Source: Octopus bimaculoides (taxonomy: Eukaryota). From it: DNA of 64,000 nt. Location: NCBI RefSeq assembly GCF_001194135.2, contig NC_068995.1, forward strand, positions 38,757,339-38,821,338, in the 5' to 3' direction. Position numbers and translations under genes: made by a program. The stretch's first letter is position 1. The number at the start of each line of letters is the position of its first letter. Shown one piece after another: positions 46,991-61,293 of the stretch. The notes under the pieces are model-generated. The model saw only the letters and a program-made list of their open reading frames with translations. It searched no databases and was not told the DNA's origin.

Positions 46991-49900
46991 TGATTCCACC
47001 CAACCACATTTATTATTACTGAAATTATAAAAGCAAGCAAAAGAAATTATTATGCTCATGGATTAAATAAACTTCAGTATGACTGCACAAAGTCACTATA
47101 TCAAAGCGAAGATTATTCCAGAAGAGAAGAAAATAGTAGGGGGGTGTTGATCTTTAGCTCCAGTGATCAATCAGATGTATGACCAAAAAGTTGTATGGCG
47201 TAAAACATTCAAACATTCAAGTGGAGAGCCAATCTATTTTTGAAGCAGTTCTAACCAAAATCCCATAATCAAAGTTGTCGTTTAAAAACCGAGAGATATC
47301 CGATGAGAATTAAGGTATATGAGGCTGCTAATTCCATACTATAAAACGATCGAATACATGATTTATTGTTTTCGTTGTACAATACATTTCGTATATGTTT
47401 TCTGCTAGAAGTTTTATTTTTTTATAGAGTAGAATATTTCTACATACAATCATACGTAACCATTTTCTATAAAGACATTAGCTGCATATATTGTCTCTAG
47501 AGAGAAAAAAATCTATCAGACAATATATGTGAAGATCACACAATTGGGCTATGAATGATATCAACATAATAGGGTACATGTGTTTCTGCGACGTTATACT
47601 CCGTCAGCTGTAGATAACGAACCGTTAGACATCGCAACCAAGAACTATTCTTTTAATTGAACAAGAAATGGTTCATTTATTGATGTGCGCAAAGATTTAT
47701 CAATTTGAGATCAATTCATTTGAGACACACTAAGCTGCGTCGAATGAAATATAGGTGAATACAGTCATAATTATCATGATCATGTGTATTCGGATACGAA
47801 ATAACATAAACTCCAAAAATTGTCACGAGAGAAAAAAAATCTCTGCAGAGAATGTTTCTGAAAAATTCATCAATACGCTTCTGTTTCTACATTGTCATCC
47901 GTCATCGGCTACAGATACCGAATCATCGTACATACCATTAACAACTTTTTGTTCTTATATTTGTATGCCTCTAATTATATATCTTATATATCATTCAACG
48001 TGCCTTTGTGTATCTGTAACTAATAAAAATCCTTCTTGACCTTAAGAGAACCGAATGCTCTTCTAATATGAGAACAAGTGGTTCGATGTGTTAGGCTTTC
48101 GGTCGTGATATCACTGGTATATTTCTAGAACAAAGTGTTGTGCTCTGTTCTTGAATAATGCACTCCAGTACACATTGCTCAAGCTTACGTAGTAAAAAAT
48201 ATGCCCCATCACCAGCTGGATATTTATCTTCTTCGGTTTCTTTCCAAATCTAATTAGTCTAAACACTTCAGAAACTTGAATAAGCACCGGAAACATGAGC
48301 CAGTTGGATTGAGTTAAATTCTCATATTAACGCATGTGTGATTAATCTTCTTGATTCTTATACACCGTATTTATTAATGTTGAATTTTATTGAAAGTTCT
48401 CCACTTGAAACATTCTTCCAATTTAGGAAATATTCTTATTATTTTATATTTCAAATTTCTAAATGAAATTAGCTCTCGACAATACGCTAAAATTCGCACC
48501 GGAAACGTTTGATTAGACGTTTAAAAGATTTATTTAAAAACTTTAAACAACCTCATACAAAAACATCAACTCTGGATTAAGATGTGTAACTCTTAAGCTA
48601 AAATTATATCTAATGATACTAAGTTAAACAGAAAATAGTCCCTAATTCAAAATCTTGAGACTACATCTGCAATATTCATATCTGACCGATTCCATACAAA
48701 TGAAAGAAGCAAAGAAAACTAAAAACAAACTGTTTTCTTTTGATTCACTTCTTCAATCATGTCCTTTAAAAACAGAGAAGCGATTACTAATTTAATTAAA
48801 ATGAAGACATGAAGTTTCTGTTGTCTCGGCTAGAATTGATCAAAAGACATATATATTTAGTTTTGGTGTTCCAGCAACTAGATATGGCATTAAGTGAATT
48901 AAAAGAAATAAAGATTTCCTGTCCATTTTAACATTCTGTCTCAGAAATTTCTATTTAAATCCTGATTTCTTGAAAGAGAAAAACCAACTCATTATAAGTG
49001 TTTTAAAATTTTCAAGAACTGGTATTATGCCTAAATTTAAACTCTGGCTCTGTGACAAATATCACAGCATGCTTTTCGAGGACGGAAATACCAAATGTTA
49101 GAGAGAGCGGTATTTAATAATTTATTGTTTTGTGTAAATCTAAATTGTTTCCGATTGAAATATTACGCAGAGAGCCGGCTAAACATCTGTATCATATATA
49201 TATACTAGCCCATAAACGGTATTAATGAAATACTTAATCATTCTAATGTAGTGAGTGCATACTTTTGTTATTGTTCCTGCGTTTTGGTGTAATATGTTAT
49301 CTATGGTCACTTCAAATATATCTGCCTGTTTAAAATTCGTGACCATAACTCCTGTATGTACCGTGAATATCTGAGTACATTGTAGCTTTGTATTCTGCTT
49401 CATGTCTCGTTATATGTTAATTATTTTCTAGGTGCATGTTTAAGATTTGAACCCACTTTAACCTTTTTCTGTAAATTAGAAATTAATTATACATATGTCT
49501 TGTAAGTAGTGATAACGTGTATGTTACCTTCTGCGTGTGAAATTTGGTGATTTAAGTAGGTTTGGTTAGATTTGTAGATATAGGTTGAAAAGAGTAAGGA
49601 ACTGGATCCCTCTGTAATTAGTATTCATTTACACTTCATTGGTTTGACAACGTGGTACATTGTTTATTCTACGGAGAATCTCGTTTACTTTTCTTTACAA
49701 ACTAGATACATATAAAATTTTCAAAAACAAAACAAAAAAATGCATTGAAGTAAAAATAGCAAACGCTCTTTATTTAGAACACTTGATTCATATACCAGAC
49801 GATGGTGACAAGGAGTTTGGTGTTAATATTTTATTACAGAAATTAATTATTTAAAAGAGTTAGGATTCTCAAAGCGTGTTCCCGAGACTCTTAATTAGCT

Positions 49901-51882
49901 AACTGCGGAAATAGAAGGTATTCAGTTTCAGATAAAACTGCATGTATGTAATATAAATGACATTTCTAAATTCATATGAAATGATGAAAATACACTTTGG
50001 ATCCTCATGTATTCGGTTTTGTAAAATATTTCCTTATTTGTATATGTTAAATTATGGAGCAGTGTTTTGATGTTAGAAATAATATGGCTAGAGTTACGAG
50101 GAAAAAGAAGGCTTCTGATGACTTTAAACTTCTCGTTCCTGCTTTATGTTGTTTATTTAGGTATTTGTATTCAGTTGTGGATCGACCTTTTGATAGAGGG
50201 TCATTTTTTTAAATACTAAGCAATAGCTATCTATTTTTGATGTCAATTGACGAGTATAAGCATTTCTGAAACGGGTTGCAGAATTCAAGATAGGACAAGA
50301 GCCTAACTTTCGGCTAGTTGAATAGATAGTCTTAAAAAAAGAAAAAGAATTTAATATAGAAAAATAATTCAACTTTTGAATAATAGAATCGATAGCTTGG
50401 CTACTTCACTTGAGCTTTAATGACGTGATAAATTTGCCGCAGTGTGGTATTGCACAAGATAATTCTTTTCTTCTTCGTCATTATTCCATTTACAAATCCT
50501 CACTGAAATTTCTAATGCGTCATAACGTCGAACTTTCTACATGTGAAATGAAAAATGTAAGCGAAAATTTGTATATGTGAATTGATATTAATCATTATTA
50601 TCTTTTTCAGGCTGGCACCTAGTAACAGTATCAGTAATGTAGTGAACAAAAATGCATTTGTGATACTAAGTTATGTTTTCTTACATTCTTAGTTCTATCC
50701 ATTTAGCATTCATTAAATCGAGAACCAACTATGGTTTTCCTAAATGTGTGGTATCATGTATGTAATATCCAGTAGTATACTATTGAACACCATTTTAATT
50801 TCAGCAGTTGCATGTCTATTTATTTCCACTTCTTACTAAAAGCAACCAGCTATGGCATGAAATATAACTTAAATGGTTTAAATGCAGAAGTACACATTCA
50901 TTAATGATGTCAGGAATAAAGAACAGCATACCTATCAACGGTAAAACATGATACAAACACTTTTGATGATATGTAGGTGTACTTACAGCCGACTTGTGTG
51001 TAAACAACTCAAGCATCAAGAAAACTGCTGTAGGAGTCTCTCAGTATGTATATTTCTAGATAATTGAAATCAAAGGTTGAATTTGAATATTTATCGGCCT
51101 GAAAAAATATAACGCTGAAACCGAATTTATGTCAGAAATATTTCAAAGTGTAGACTGAACATAGGAAACCTCTCAACTCTACGCCACTTAAATATTATAG
51201 CAATTTATTTCGTAAAAGTTTAGCTAAAGAGAGAATACGAAGAATTAATGAAATAATATATAGTTTTCGTAATATATTCACATAAACATATAACATATGA
51301 AAATTTTAAAAAAATTATGGATACATTACATTAGCTATACTTTGAGTATAGGCATTTTATAGAAAAAGGAAAGTAAATTTTGTGACCTTTCTCGAAAGTT
51401 TTAGGAAGGCACATTCAGAATGGATATATTTATAGATATACAAAAATCTACTCTTCAAGAGATAACCAGGCATTAAAGAATAGCAACGATACTAGTAATT
51501 CAATAGGTGTGAATGGCTTCCCATCACCGTTAATAGATATGGAAGTGAGAGTATTTCAACTTCATTAGTAAGTAAAATTTTCTCTGACAAGAAACAACGG
51601 GTAACGAAGACGTTTCTATCGTCTCAGGGCATTAAAAGTATTACTTTGATGAGCAGAGAGGAAGAGTTGCTCACGAAGTTAACCACAACATGATTTCAAC
51701 GAAATCAAAAATGGTTTATCGTTTTATAGCAATGAGAACAATATGCAGTACAAATAATTGGTTGCTAAATATGATGGTAGCCAATCTTTCTTTCCTCATT
51801 ACATTCTTCCTTTCATTCTTTCTTTCTTCATTCTTTCTCTTGTTATCACTCGCTTTTTACCTGTGTGTGTGTGTGTGTGTAC

Positions 51883-51921
<39 letters not shown>

Positions 51922-51949
51922 TGTGTGCGTGCATATAATTTTCTTTAAT

Positions 51950-52100
51950 TCTGTAACTGGTTTCAGTCATTTGCGGCCATTCTAGAGTACCACCTTCAGA
52001 AGTTTTAGTCGGACAACTTGACCTCAGGACTTATCCTTTCTAAACATTTCATTTATTCAATCGATTCTGTTGACGAACCACTAAGTTACGAGGAATATTT
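51950..52100 (-). mobile_element. SINE family C 3' fragment
   Basis: GTTTCAGTCATTTGCGGCCATTCTAGAGTACCACC...GAACCACTAAGTTACG. Confidence 0.65.
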
Positions 52101-52753
52101 AAATAGCCAAAAATACAAATAAGAATTTTGAATGTTATTTCAAGTAGGTAGACATACTTAGTATGTCGTTGATTAATTTTNNNNNNNNNNNNNNNNNNNN
52201 NNNNNNNNNNNNNNNNNNNNNNNNNNNNNNNNNNNNNNNNNNNNNNNNNNNNNNNNNNNNNNNNNNNNNNNNNNNNNNNNNNNNNNNNNNNNNNNNNNNN
52301 NNNNNNNNNNNNNNNNNNNNNNNNNNNNNNNNNNNNNNNNNNNNNNNNNNNNNNNNNNNNNNNNNNNNNNNNNNNNNNNNNNNNNNNNNNNNNNNNNNNN
52401 NNNNNNNNNNNNNNNNNNNNNNNNNNNNNNNNNNNNNNNNNNNNNNNNNNNNNNNNNNNNNNNNNNNNNNNNNNNNNNNNNNNNNNNNNNNNNNNNNNNN
52501 NNNNNNNNNNNNNNNNNNNNNNNNNNNNNNNNNNNNNNNNNNNNNNNNNNNNNNNNNNNNNNNNNNNNNNNNNNNNNNNNNNNNNNNNNNNNNNNNNNNN
52601 NNNNNNNNNNNNNNNNNNNNNNNNNNNNNNNNNNNNNNNNNNNNNNNNNNNNNNNNNNNNNNNNNNNNNNNNNNNNNNNNNNNNNNNNNNNNNNNNNNNN
52701 NNNNNNNNNNNNNNNNNNNNNNNNNNNNNNNNNNNNNNNNNNNNNNNNNNNNN

Positions 52754-52785
<32 letters not shown>

Positions 52786-53199
52786 AGATGGAGAGAGAAA
52801 GATAGATACATTCATACATAAATAGATAGATCCATAAATACATACTCATACTTCTTGGGCAAGATTGTGAAAGAGCAATAATATTTAAGTATCCAACTAT
52901 TCCAAAGATAAAAATGCCATAAAAATCGTCATCGGAATAAACCTTCCATTCATTGCTTTATCCTGTGAAGCATACATCCCAGATACATCATAAATTTTGT
53001 GGAAGGCATTGCATGTATATCGTTTTTCCTGTAATTGGTACGAGAAAATATCTCTATTGTGCTTAATAATCAACAATTGCAAGAGAAAACAGCAATAAAA
53101 TGAGTCACTTCCATTTTGGAGATAATAATAATTGTGTATACTTTAGGCTCAAGGTTTCAAATTTTGAGGAATGAGGGTAGTCAATTTCCTTGCCCTCCA

Positions 53200-53745
53200 G
53201 TAATTTTCTGGCGCTTATTGTATCAACCCTGAAAAGACTGGAGCAAAATTTGAACTCAGCGCAATTTGAACTCACAAAAAAAATCATTGACAATATAGTA
53301 CTAAGCATTCTACCCGGCGTGCTAAACTTTCTTTTCTACTCAAGGCACGAGGCTCGAAATTTTGCGGTGAGCAGCCAGTCGATTAGATCGACCCCGCTAC
53401 GCAACTGGTACTTAATTTATCGATCCCGAAACGACGAATGGCAATGTCTACCACGGCGGAATAATAATGATGCAATATGGAGGTGGAACTTATATTAAAT
53501 ATTATTGATATCAGTGTAAAAAATGTCTTTACAATGTGTTTCTAATATACTTCCTTAGGAAAACATGATGTATTGATTTTAAATATTGACAAAAGGACAG
53601 CAACTCTGCAGAGTTGGTACGCCGGATACATCTACCACGGGGCACAACTTGTATTTCTTTGTCAACACAGAATTGAAAAAAGGTAAAGTTGACTGCGCAA
53701 TTTGAACTCAGAACGTAAATCTGGTGACACGACGCTACACATATT
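53200..53745 (-). mobile_element. Cluster of SINE family B fragments
   Basis: GCAATTTGAACTC motifs at 53261 and 53698. CAGTCGATTAGATCGACCCC...ACTGGTACTTAATTTATCGA at 53377-53422. Confidence 0.7.
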
Positions 53746-53769
53746 ATTCTACTCATCAAGGTAAAAAGT

Positions 53770-56560
53770 AAAGTTCAACTCTACCTCCGGGCCACCACAC
53801 GCGCCGTACAGTTCAGAAAAGTGCCACTGAAATTCTGCACAAATCTACGTCGACTCGTGTAGCATGCATTCGTCCCGACCACACAAACACCGAATTGTAG
53901 TTTTAGTACCACTTTGAGCCTCAGCCACCCTGGTCCATCGAACGGCTTTCGTTCCCTTCTGCTTTAGAGCCCGCACCCTAGCTCGAACAATGCAACCTTC
54001 ATGCTTGGTGTTGAAGAAGTAGTTCAGAATCAATATCACTGCCAGCACGTCGGTCGCTATGCCACTACTGAGTGCCTCTACTAATTTCATAACGAGGTCT
54101 CCCTCTACTTACTCTTCTCTATCACTAGTTCTATGCTCAATTCTACAGCTTCTACTCTAATCGTCCGTTTTAGGGCCTCACACACCATCCGTTTGTTCAC
54201 GAGTACACCCGTCAACTTCCGATGGACTAACTTGCTAAGCCGATCTCTGAATTCTTGACATGCCGTGAAGAACGCGTTCAGCTTCAAGTATCCGGGTCCC
54301 TGCCTATGGAGCCTGTCTCGATCAACGTATGAATTTCAATTTTATAGCCTGTGTAATTGGCAAATTCAAATTGTGGACAACCTATGTATTTCCTATCTGC
54401 TAGCCTACAAAATACCCTATGTAGATAATATCTGGATGACCCGACACTGTTTATCCATGTCCACACAGGGGTATTCGTTAAAGCCAGTCTGAAACTGTCG
54501 ACTGAGCAGGTTTGCGAGGCTTACGTAGCCCCATTTCCTATACGCTAACCCCTCCCAATACACACGTGCATCCAAAATGGCGTTCCAATCGCCACTAACA
54601 CTAAAGAGCGTGACGTCCCTAGAAAGGCCTGCAGGCGTCTGAAGAACTACGGTTGCCCCGCTCCAAACGGTGCGTAAACTGTGACAAGTCTACAAACACA
54701 TCCTTTATTATCGTTCACATCTAGGACCACCGATTTATCTTCCGGCACCAGGAAGATCCTGGCCTTTTTTTGAACAACACTGCCAGCCCCCAATTCTGGT
54801 CAACTAAGAGATGCGAAGGTCCCAAAGTTAGCGAAAATAACAGCGAAGCCTGTGTGTCAGCGATCATGGTCTCACTGAGGGCTATTACATCCTGACTTAG
54901 CCACATGAGGTCGTTGCGGAAGTATCTTTGCTTTTGCGACGACCCCAAGCCATGTACATTTATACAACATACCTTAAACACGTCATGCTGATCAGGAAGT
55001 AATAAAAGGAAAATAGTGAGTGACATTTAACCTCCTGGTGCTGTTTGTGATCGAGTGGTTCTGCAACCATGTCTGTTTTGTTGGGTTCCTCCAAACTTCT
55101 TTAACAGTCATCTGCTGGACGTTACATTGGGACATCATACAGATAGCTCCGCTTAATGCTCGTACAAGTCTCTAATGTCATTTGCATCATCATTAGGCTC
55201 TCTGGTACACTAAAATTGTTAGGGCTGCAGATCATCCCCTCTGTTTCAATGTTCTCGTTTTGCACTATGAGAGCCGTCAAATTTTCATAGGCTCTCATCA
55301 CTAGCCCGAAATACTGCTGCTGCGCAGTGGCTGTAGTTACCATGGTGACATTATTGTTTCTAAAGTTTGTTGTGTTTTTGATTCTTTTGTAGGTGTTTGT
55401 GATGGTGTTGATAATTGTGGTGCTTGTATTGTAGGTATTGTCCTCAGCGTGTCTGTGATTGCCGTTTCTTGGATTTCTCCCTTTTTCTGTGTCACTTTCT
55501 GGGTTCTTTCTACCTTTTGGCCGTCCCCATTATCATCACTTGGATGCGTGGAGGAGTCTGTGTCTTGTATGTTTTCTTGTCGTTTTCTATGTTCTTATTT
55601 TCTTGTTGTTGTTGTTGCTGCTAGTGTAGCTTCCGTCACTGATGCTGACTTTCCTCCCACTGCCATCTTCATTGTAACAACTGCCTCAATCTAGTTTAGT
55701 TCAATTTCTGTTTCTATCCCCATGCCCTTCTGTTGCTGTTGTTGTTGTTGTTCTTGTTATTTTTGTCGACGTATGGGTTCATTTGGACATTTCATTCTGC
55801 CTTCCTGGTCTGGTTCTGTGGACAGAAAACCATAAGTGTCTCGTTAAACCACAATCATGTAACTGCAGCCATCCGCTCTCCATGTTCATCTTTAGTTCTA
55901 CTCTATTCGAGAGGGAAATCAGGTGTGGAACTTCTCTAACTGCTCTGGCTTCACGTGGAGAAGAACCTTCAAGTTAGTCCCAACTCAGTTCTACCTCCTG
56001 GATCTTTTAACATGCAGGAGATTCTCCCCTCCGTCTGAACAAATATAGGCAAGAATCCACCATAAATCCGAACCTAGTGGGACTCCAGGTACCGTAATTC
56101 GTACCGCCCTTCTTCCCATATACGTTAGAAAGACGGAGATTTCCTCGGTGCGTTGCGTGTTTACCGAGCTCTGTATCGCCTGTCCCTCTACTCCGCCGCA
56201 CTGCCTCGCTCTCGTAATGTGGTAGATATCGTGACATATGTCTTTCAGGGCATTTTCAACATGGTCGCGTTCAGCATTTTCGAGTTACCTTCTCCTTGTG
56301 CTCACGCACATGTAGACAACTGTATGTTTGGCTGTTGCTTCAAGCGCGTCGCTTGGGTATGTCAACTCCGCCCTCCCATTCATTTTCGTATATTTTGCTG
56401 CCTTGTTTAGTTTTCCTATTTTGTTCTCCAATAAGATGTTAAACATTTCCCTCGCTGCCGTCATATTTGCAAAAGTCTCTATTCCGCCGCTAGCTCCATT
56501 TTTGTTAGATTCTTCGCAGCAGTTGATTTCAATGTTGTTCTTCGTGTTACTATAATTTCT
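53770..56560 (-). mobile_element. L1/Tx1-clade LINE 5' half: ORF1 remnant with a degenerate zinc knuckle and ORF2 APE endonuclease; no RT seen
   Basis: ORF1-like remnants: FLTYMGRRAVRITVPGVP and HDCGLTRH. APE remnants: KVCCINVHGL, VIALSET, RLVTVYAP, GDWNAILD, WTWINS and GPGYLKLN. Confidence 0.82.
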
Positions 56561-56639
56561 ATATAGTGAGGAAGAATCGATTCATTTCTTCCTCTCACCC
56601 TTTTTCTGCTTTTCATTTTCTTTCTTCTTTCTATTAACT

Positions 56640-56719
56640 GTTCACTTCTTCTTCTCCTTCTTCTTCTTCTTCTTCTTCTTCTTCTTCTTCTTCTGCTTCT
56701 TCTTCGTCTTCTTCTTCTT

Positions 56720-56770
<51 letters not shown>

Positions 56771-56775
56771 TTCTT
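56640..56775. repeat. (CTT)n(CTA)n microsatellite
   Basis: Directly visible. It explains the poly-R/poly-S ORF. Confidence 0.95.
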
Positions 56776-57109
56776 CTTTTCTTCCTGCTGTCTACTACTA
56801 ATCATGTTGGGGAGGGCGGTAAAGTCTTCCTGCAAATTACCGTGCCATCTTCCATCCTCATTCCCGCTTTTCGTTACCATCTTCAATGCTTACTTTCTTC
56901 GAAGTAAAATTTCGAAAAACTTTGAAAACAAAATGGTTTGTTTTACCCACAAAATGGGAATTTGGTTAACGAACGTCAGACTCCACCCTGCAGAAGGGCA
57001 GATGGCTTGCTAAATGATTTAAACCACAAAATACAGTATAGGATCTTGTAAATAAATGAATTAGTCATAAACTTACAGCGTTCCAGAAACATACCTCTAG
57101 CACTGGCGA

Positions 57110-57126
57110 TGATTATAATAATAATG

Positions 57127-57178
<52 letters not shown>

Positions 57179-57275
57179 CAACAACAACGACGACGACAAC
57201 AACCACAACGACGACGACAACAACAACAACAACAACAACACTTACGATAATAATAATTTTCTGCTACAACAACAA
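57110..57275. repeat. (AAT)n(AAC)n(GAC)n microsatellite
   Basis: Directly visible. It lies just upstream of an R4/Dong remnant. Confidence 0.95.
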
Positions 57276-57339
57276 TTGCTGCCTTAATCAAATTCTTTGT
57301 TTCTGTGATGTTATTTTTTTTGTTCTGCGGTATTTCAGA

Positions 57340-58780
57340 ATTTCACTTTAGAACAAAAAGCATCACAGAAACCAACAAATTGAGCAATGCACCAAGTATT
57401 GTTGTAGTAGAAAATTATTATTACGATGTCAAGAAAAAGAAATATAATTGGAGTGACAAAAGAAAAGATCCATTGTGGAAAAGAAGAATACAGGCAGGGA
57501 TAGAAATGCTCTCGAAAGACATTTCTGTGTTAGACCGAAAAGAGAAGGAGGGTGGTTTAAAAGCGAACAAAAATACAGGGCACAGAACAAGATGTATCAT
57601 GTTGAAAGAAAGGGCGTGAAACTGGTAATGAAGGAACTGAAACAGCACCTCGTTGCAAAGAAAGCAAAGATGTTAACGTACAACCAAAGAATGAAGGGAT
57701 ACCTACGGAAGAGGCTATTCAGAGTAGACCAGAAGGGGTGTTTACAAAGAAATAAATGGACAGTATACAGATGACAAATAGATAACGGATAACATTGAAA
57801 GTCAAAGGTTTTAGAGTGATATCGGGAGCAAAGACAAAGAGCAGAAGATGGATGCTGAATGGTTGCAAGAACTGAAATAAGCGGTAATCTGTTCAAAACA
57901 GGCAGAACTAGTAATTTCAGTTAGGGAAGTGAAGGAAATCAACAAACAAACGAGCAACTTGGAGTCCCGGAACCAGATGGAGTTCAAGGCTACTGGACCA
58001 AAAGATGGGGTGAAAGACATGCATGAATAGCTCCACAACGCAACACCTTGTTAAATGCCGACCAAGTAACACCAAAGTAGTTGACAATTGGTAGGCGTTG
58101 TACTTGAAATATATGGAAAAGTTCAATACGGTAGACAATTACAGGCCGAAATCCTGCTTGCCTATTAGGTGGACATTATTGGCTGGAATACTCGCAGAGT
58201 CAATGTACGGACATCTGCCACATGAGCTGATGGGTTGCAAGCCTAAGTGTAGAAGTACCAAGGATCAACTCTTGGTAGACAAACTGTACTTAGAGACTGC
58301 AAGAGTAGGAAAACTAATTTAGACATGCCATGGATCGATTATCGTAAGACGTACGATGTGATCCCACATTCTTGGAATATGGAATGTATGAACGTATTCG
58401 GTATTGCATCGAATGTTGAGCGATTGCCTGGAAAAAGGATGGCGACATGAAGGAAGGGCCTAACAGCATATGGAAGAAGTTTAGGGACAATAGAAATCAG
58501 GAGAGCATCATCCAAGTGTATTTCCAGTCTCCACTGATCTTTGTACTGCGCATGATACCACTGACATCAATTCTTGGAAAAGCAAACGCTAGGTACGTTC
58601 TCAAAAACCGCCAGCCATAAAAATCAGCCACTTGTTATTCATGGATGACTCCAAACTGTATGGCAAAGATGAATCCCAGATTAGTTCCTTCGTAGATACG
58701 GTGCATATTTTCTTTACTGGTATCAGAATGGAGTTTAGACTGACAAAGTGTTCTGCATTAGTCTTCAATAGAGGCACAAT
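57340..58780 (+). mobile_element. Decayed R4/Dong LINE ORF fragment (pre-RT region and RT)
   Basis: Remnants read KSITETNKL, DPLWKRRIQ, NYRPKSCLPIRWTLLAG, TKDQLLVDK, WIDYRKTYDVIPHSW and HLLFMDDSKLYGK. It ends at a (CT)n run. Confidence 0.88.
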
Positions 58781-58785
58781 CTCTT

Positions 58786-58832
<47 letters not shown>

Positions 58833-59718
58833 TTCTCTCGTATTTGCGCTCTATACTTAGCCAACACCTCGTTCTGAAATATATATATATATTGAGTTCT
58901 ACACCGGATTATTAGTTAATATCTAAGCCACATATTAAAGTACAAACAAATCTCATCAGGAAGGGTTCTAACAACTTCATTTTTCCCTCTTAATCCCTTC
59001 TGTCGAAGCGCGTCATTGTTCCCGATCGTTAATACACGTGGTTGGTGTTCCTACACCCGCCTTCGTCTTTCATTTTCTTGAAATTTGAACTCTATGTATG
59101 CATGTATGTATGTATGTATGTATGTATGTAATTATGTATGTTTGTATATATATATATATGTGTGTGTGTGTGTGCGTGCGTGTTTGTGTAGGTGTATGTA
59201 GTTATGTATGTATGTATATACAAATATATTCAGAAAGATAAGAGAGAGAGGGAGAGAGGGGAGAGATAGATCCATGGTAATTAAGTTATTAAGTTATTAA
59301 ACCCGAAACCCTTACTATACTGACATGGATCCAGTTGTAACCCATTTGTTTGTACGTATGTAATCAGTTGAAATTATTTTTGAAACAATATGATATAATT
59401 TCAAGCAGAAAAATGAAGTAGATCATAATTCAAATATGCCAAACCGCTCCTTCTTTCGCATAAATATCATGAATTCCATAATTTCGTAAATAAGATAAAT
59501 TAAATTCAATTTATTAAAATATTTATAAGTTACAAATATTTCAGTACAACTTTCAACCAAATAATCCTGAGTATTTTGTGAAAATAACCGTCTTATATTG
59601 GATTGAAATTCTGTCTTAAATTAACTTTGATATGTTTAAATTTGTATCAACTCTTCCTTTAACGTAATGTGCTTTACACACAGACACACACAGATACACA
59701 CACGCATACACACACACA

Positions 59719-59772
<54 letters not shown>

Positions 59773-59778
59773 TATATA

Positions 59779-61293
59779 TAATATCTCACGGAAGTATGTA
59801 CGCTCGTAAAAGATTTCAGTAAAATTGCCATTACTCTGATAATGTAGAAGGAAATGAAACGAAGTTTAAGCTGAATAAAATATATTATGCATGCTAACAT
59901 TATACAAATTTGGAACATAATGCAATAAACATTTCCAAGGCTATGAACGACATATTAATTTCCAAATGTTACAAAAATGTGTACAGCCTAAAGGAAATTT
60001 GCTATATTCAATATTTTATCCACTTCTTTTACTAAGTTTAGATATTGCTGATAATTCCATTTCTGATAAATTATTTCTGAATTTTTTCTACTGGTCATTG
60101 TTATTTCATCTGCAAGAATTCTGATTTGTGTACCGTAGTGAAAATCTTCATTGTAATTAAAGTGGCACCAAAAGGAAACGAATTGTCTAAAGATGTGAAG
60201 AAAATCATTTTTAATTTACGCAAGAATAGTGTAGGATACAAGTTAGTAAGGAAACGAATACATATTAGTGTAAACATAGTTGCCAAAGTAATTCAGAAGT
60301 ACAAAGCTACTGGACAGCTAAACAACAAACATTGTTCAAATCGTCCTTCTATTTTAACTGCACGTGATATTAGCTACATCCAAGAAGTGTCTTCTGTTAG
60401 CGGAATGAGTGTATCATCCCAAACAGTCCGCCAAACTTTGAACCAGTGTGGTCTTCCTGGACGCATTCCTCGTAGGAACACTCTCCTCACTATCAGACAT
60501 AGTCGTCTTTCTTTATAAGAAACTTATGTGAGTAAAGGGAATGAATTTCGGAATAAAATTTTAATCGAGTATGGCGACGATCATGTGAAGATAATTGCGA
60601 CAAATGCAGCGTGCCTACCGTGAAAGACGGCGCTGAAAGTGCTGTGCTTTAGAGATGCATGAGTGCGGCTGGTAAGAGAGGACTCACGTTTATTGATAGG
60701 ACAATGTATTCAAGGCTTTATTGTGATATTATGCAGAAGAAAATGTTGAAAAGCATCAAGGAACTAGGAAGACATTCCATGTTAAAATATGATAATGATT
60801 CTAAACACACTTCAAGGATGACAACTGGTGTTTTATCAGATTAAAGGTTAATGGTATTGCCCTAGTCTTTCATGTCACCTGATTTAAACCTAATAGAATA
60901 AAACAAATGTGGTGTGCTTGAAAAGGAAGGTTAAGAAGAAGAAACCCACGATGCAACCCAGTTGAAAGACATCATTCAGAATGAATGGAGGTCGATTTCA
61001 TCTGTTATATGCAGAAATTTAGTCGACTTTATGTCCAGATGACTTATTGAAAGCAAAGGCGATCACACCAAATATTGTGCAAATAAACTTTTAAGGTGTA
61101 CATATATTTGTATCGTTGTAAAATTAATATTCCGTTCATATCTTTGAAAATCTTTATTGTTTTGTTTTCCAAATTTGCACGATGTCTACCCGTATAGTCT
61201 ATTTTATTCTCTATAAATTTCGTTTGATATTACCAGAGAAATGGCAATTTTACTGAAAATTCTAAGCGGTGTACATACTTCTGTGAGATATTG
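59779..61293 (+). mobile_element. Tc1-family transposon remnant with ~210-bp inverted repeats
   Basis: The ends TA-TAATATCTCACGGAAGTATGTAC and GTACATACTTCTGTGAGATATTG-TA are inverted. Transposase remnants: paired-like KGNELSKDVKKII..GYK, TVRQTL..GLPGRIPR, DNDSKHTS and SPDLNLIE. Confidence 0.92.

Noticed and set aside
48189-48250. Minus-strand IWKETEEDKYPAGDGAYFLL ending at a GTAAGC donor
   Set aside because: The sequence is protein-like but the acceptor has no polypyrimidine tract, and there is no family resemblance.
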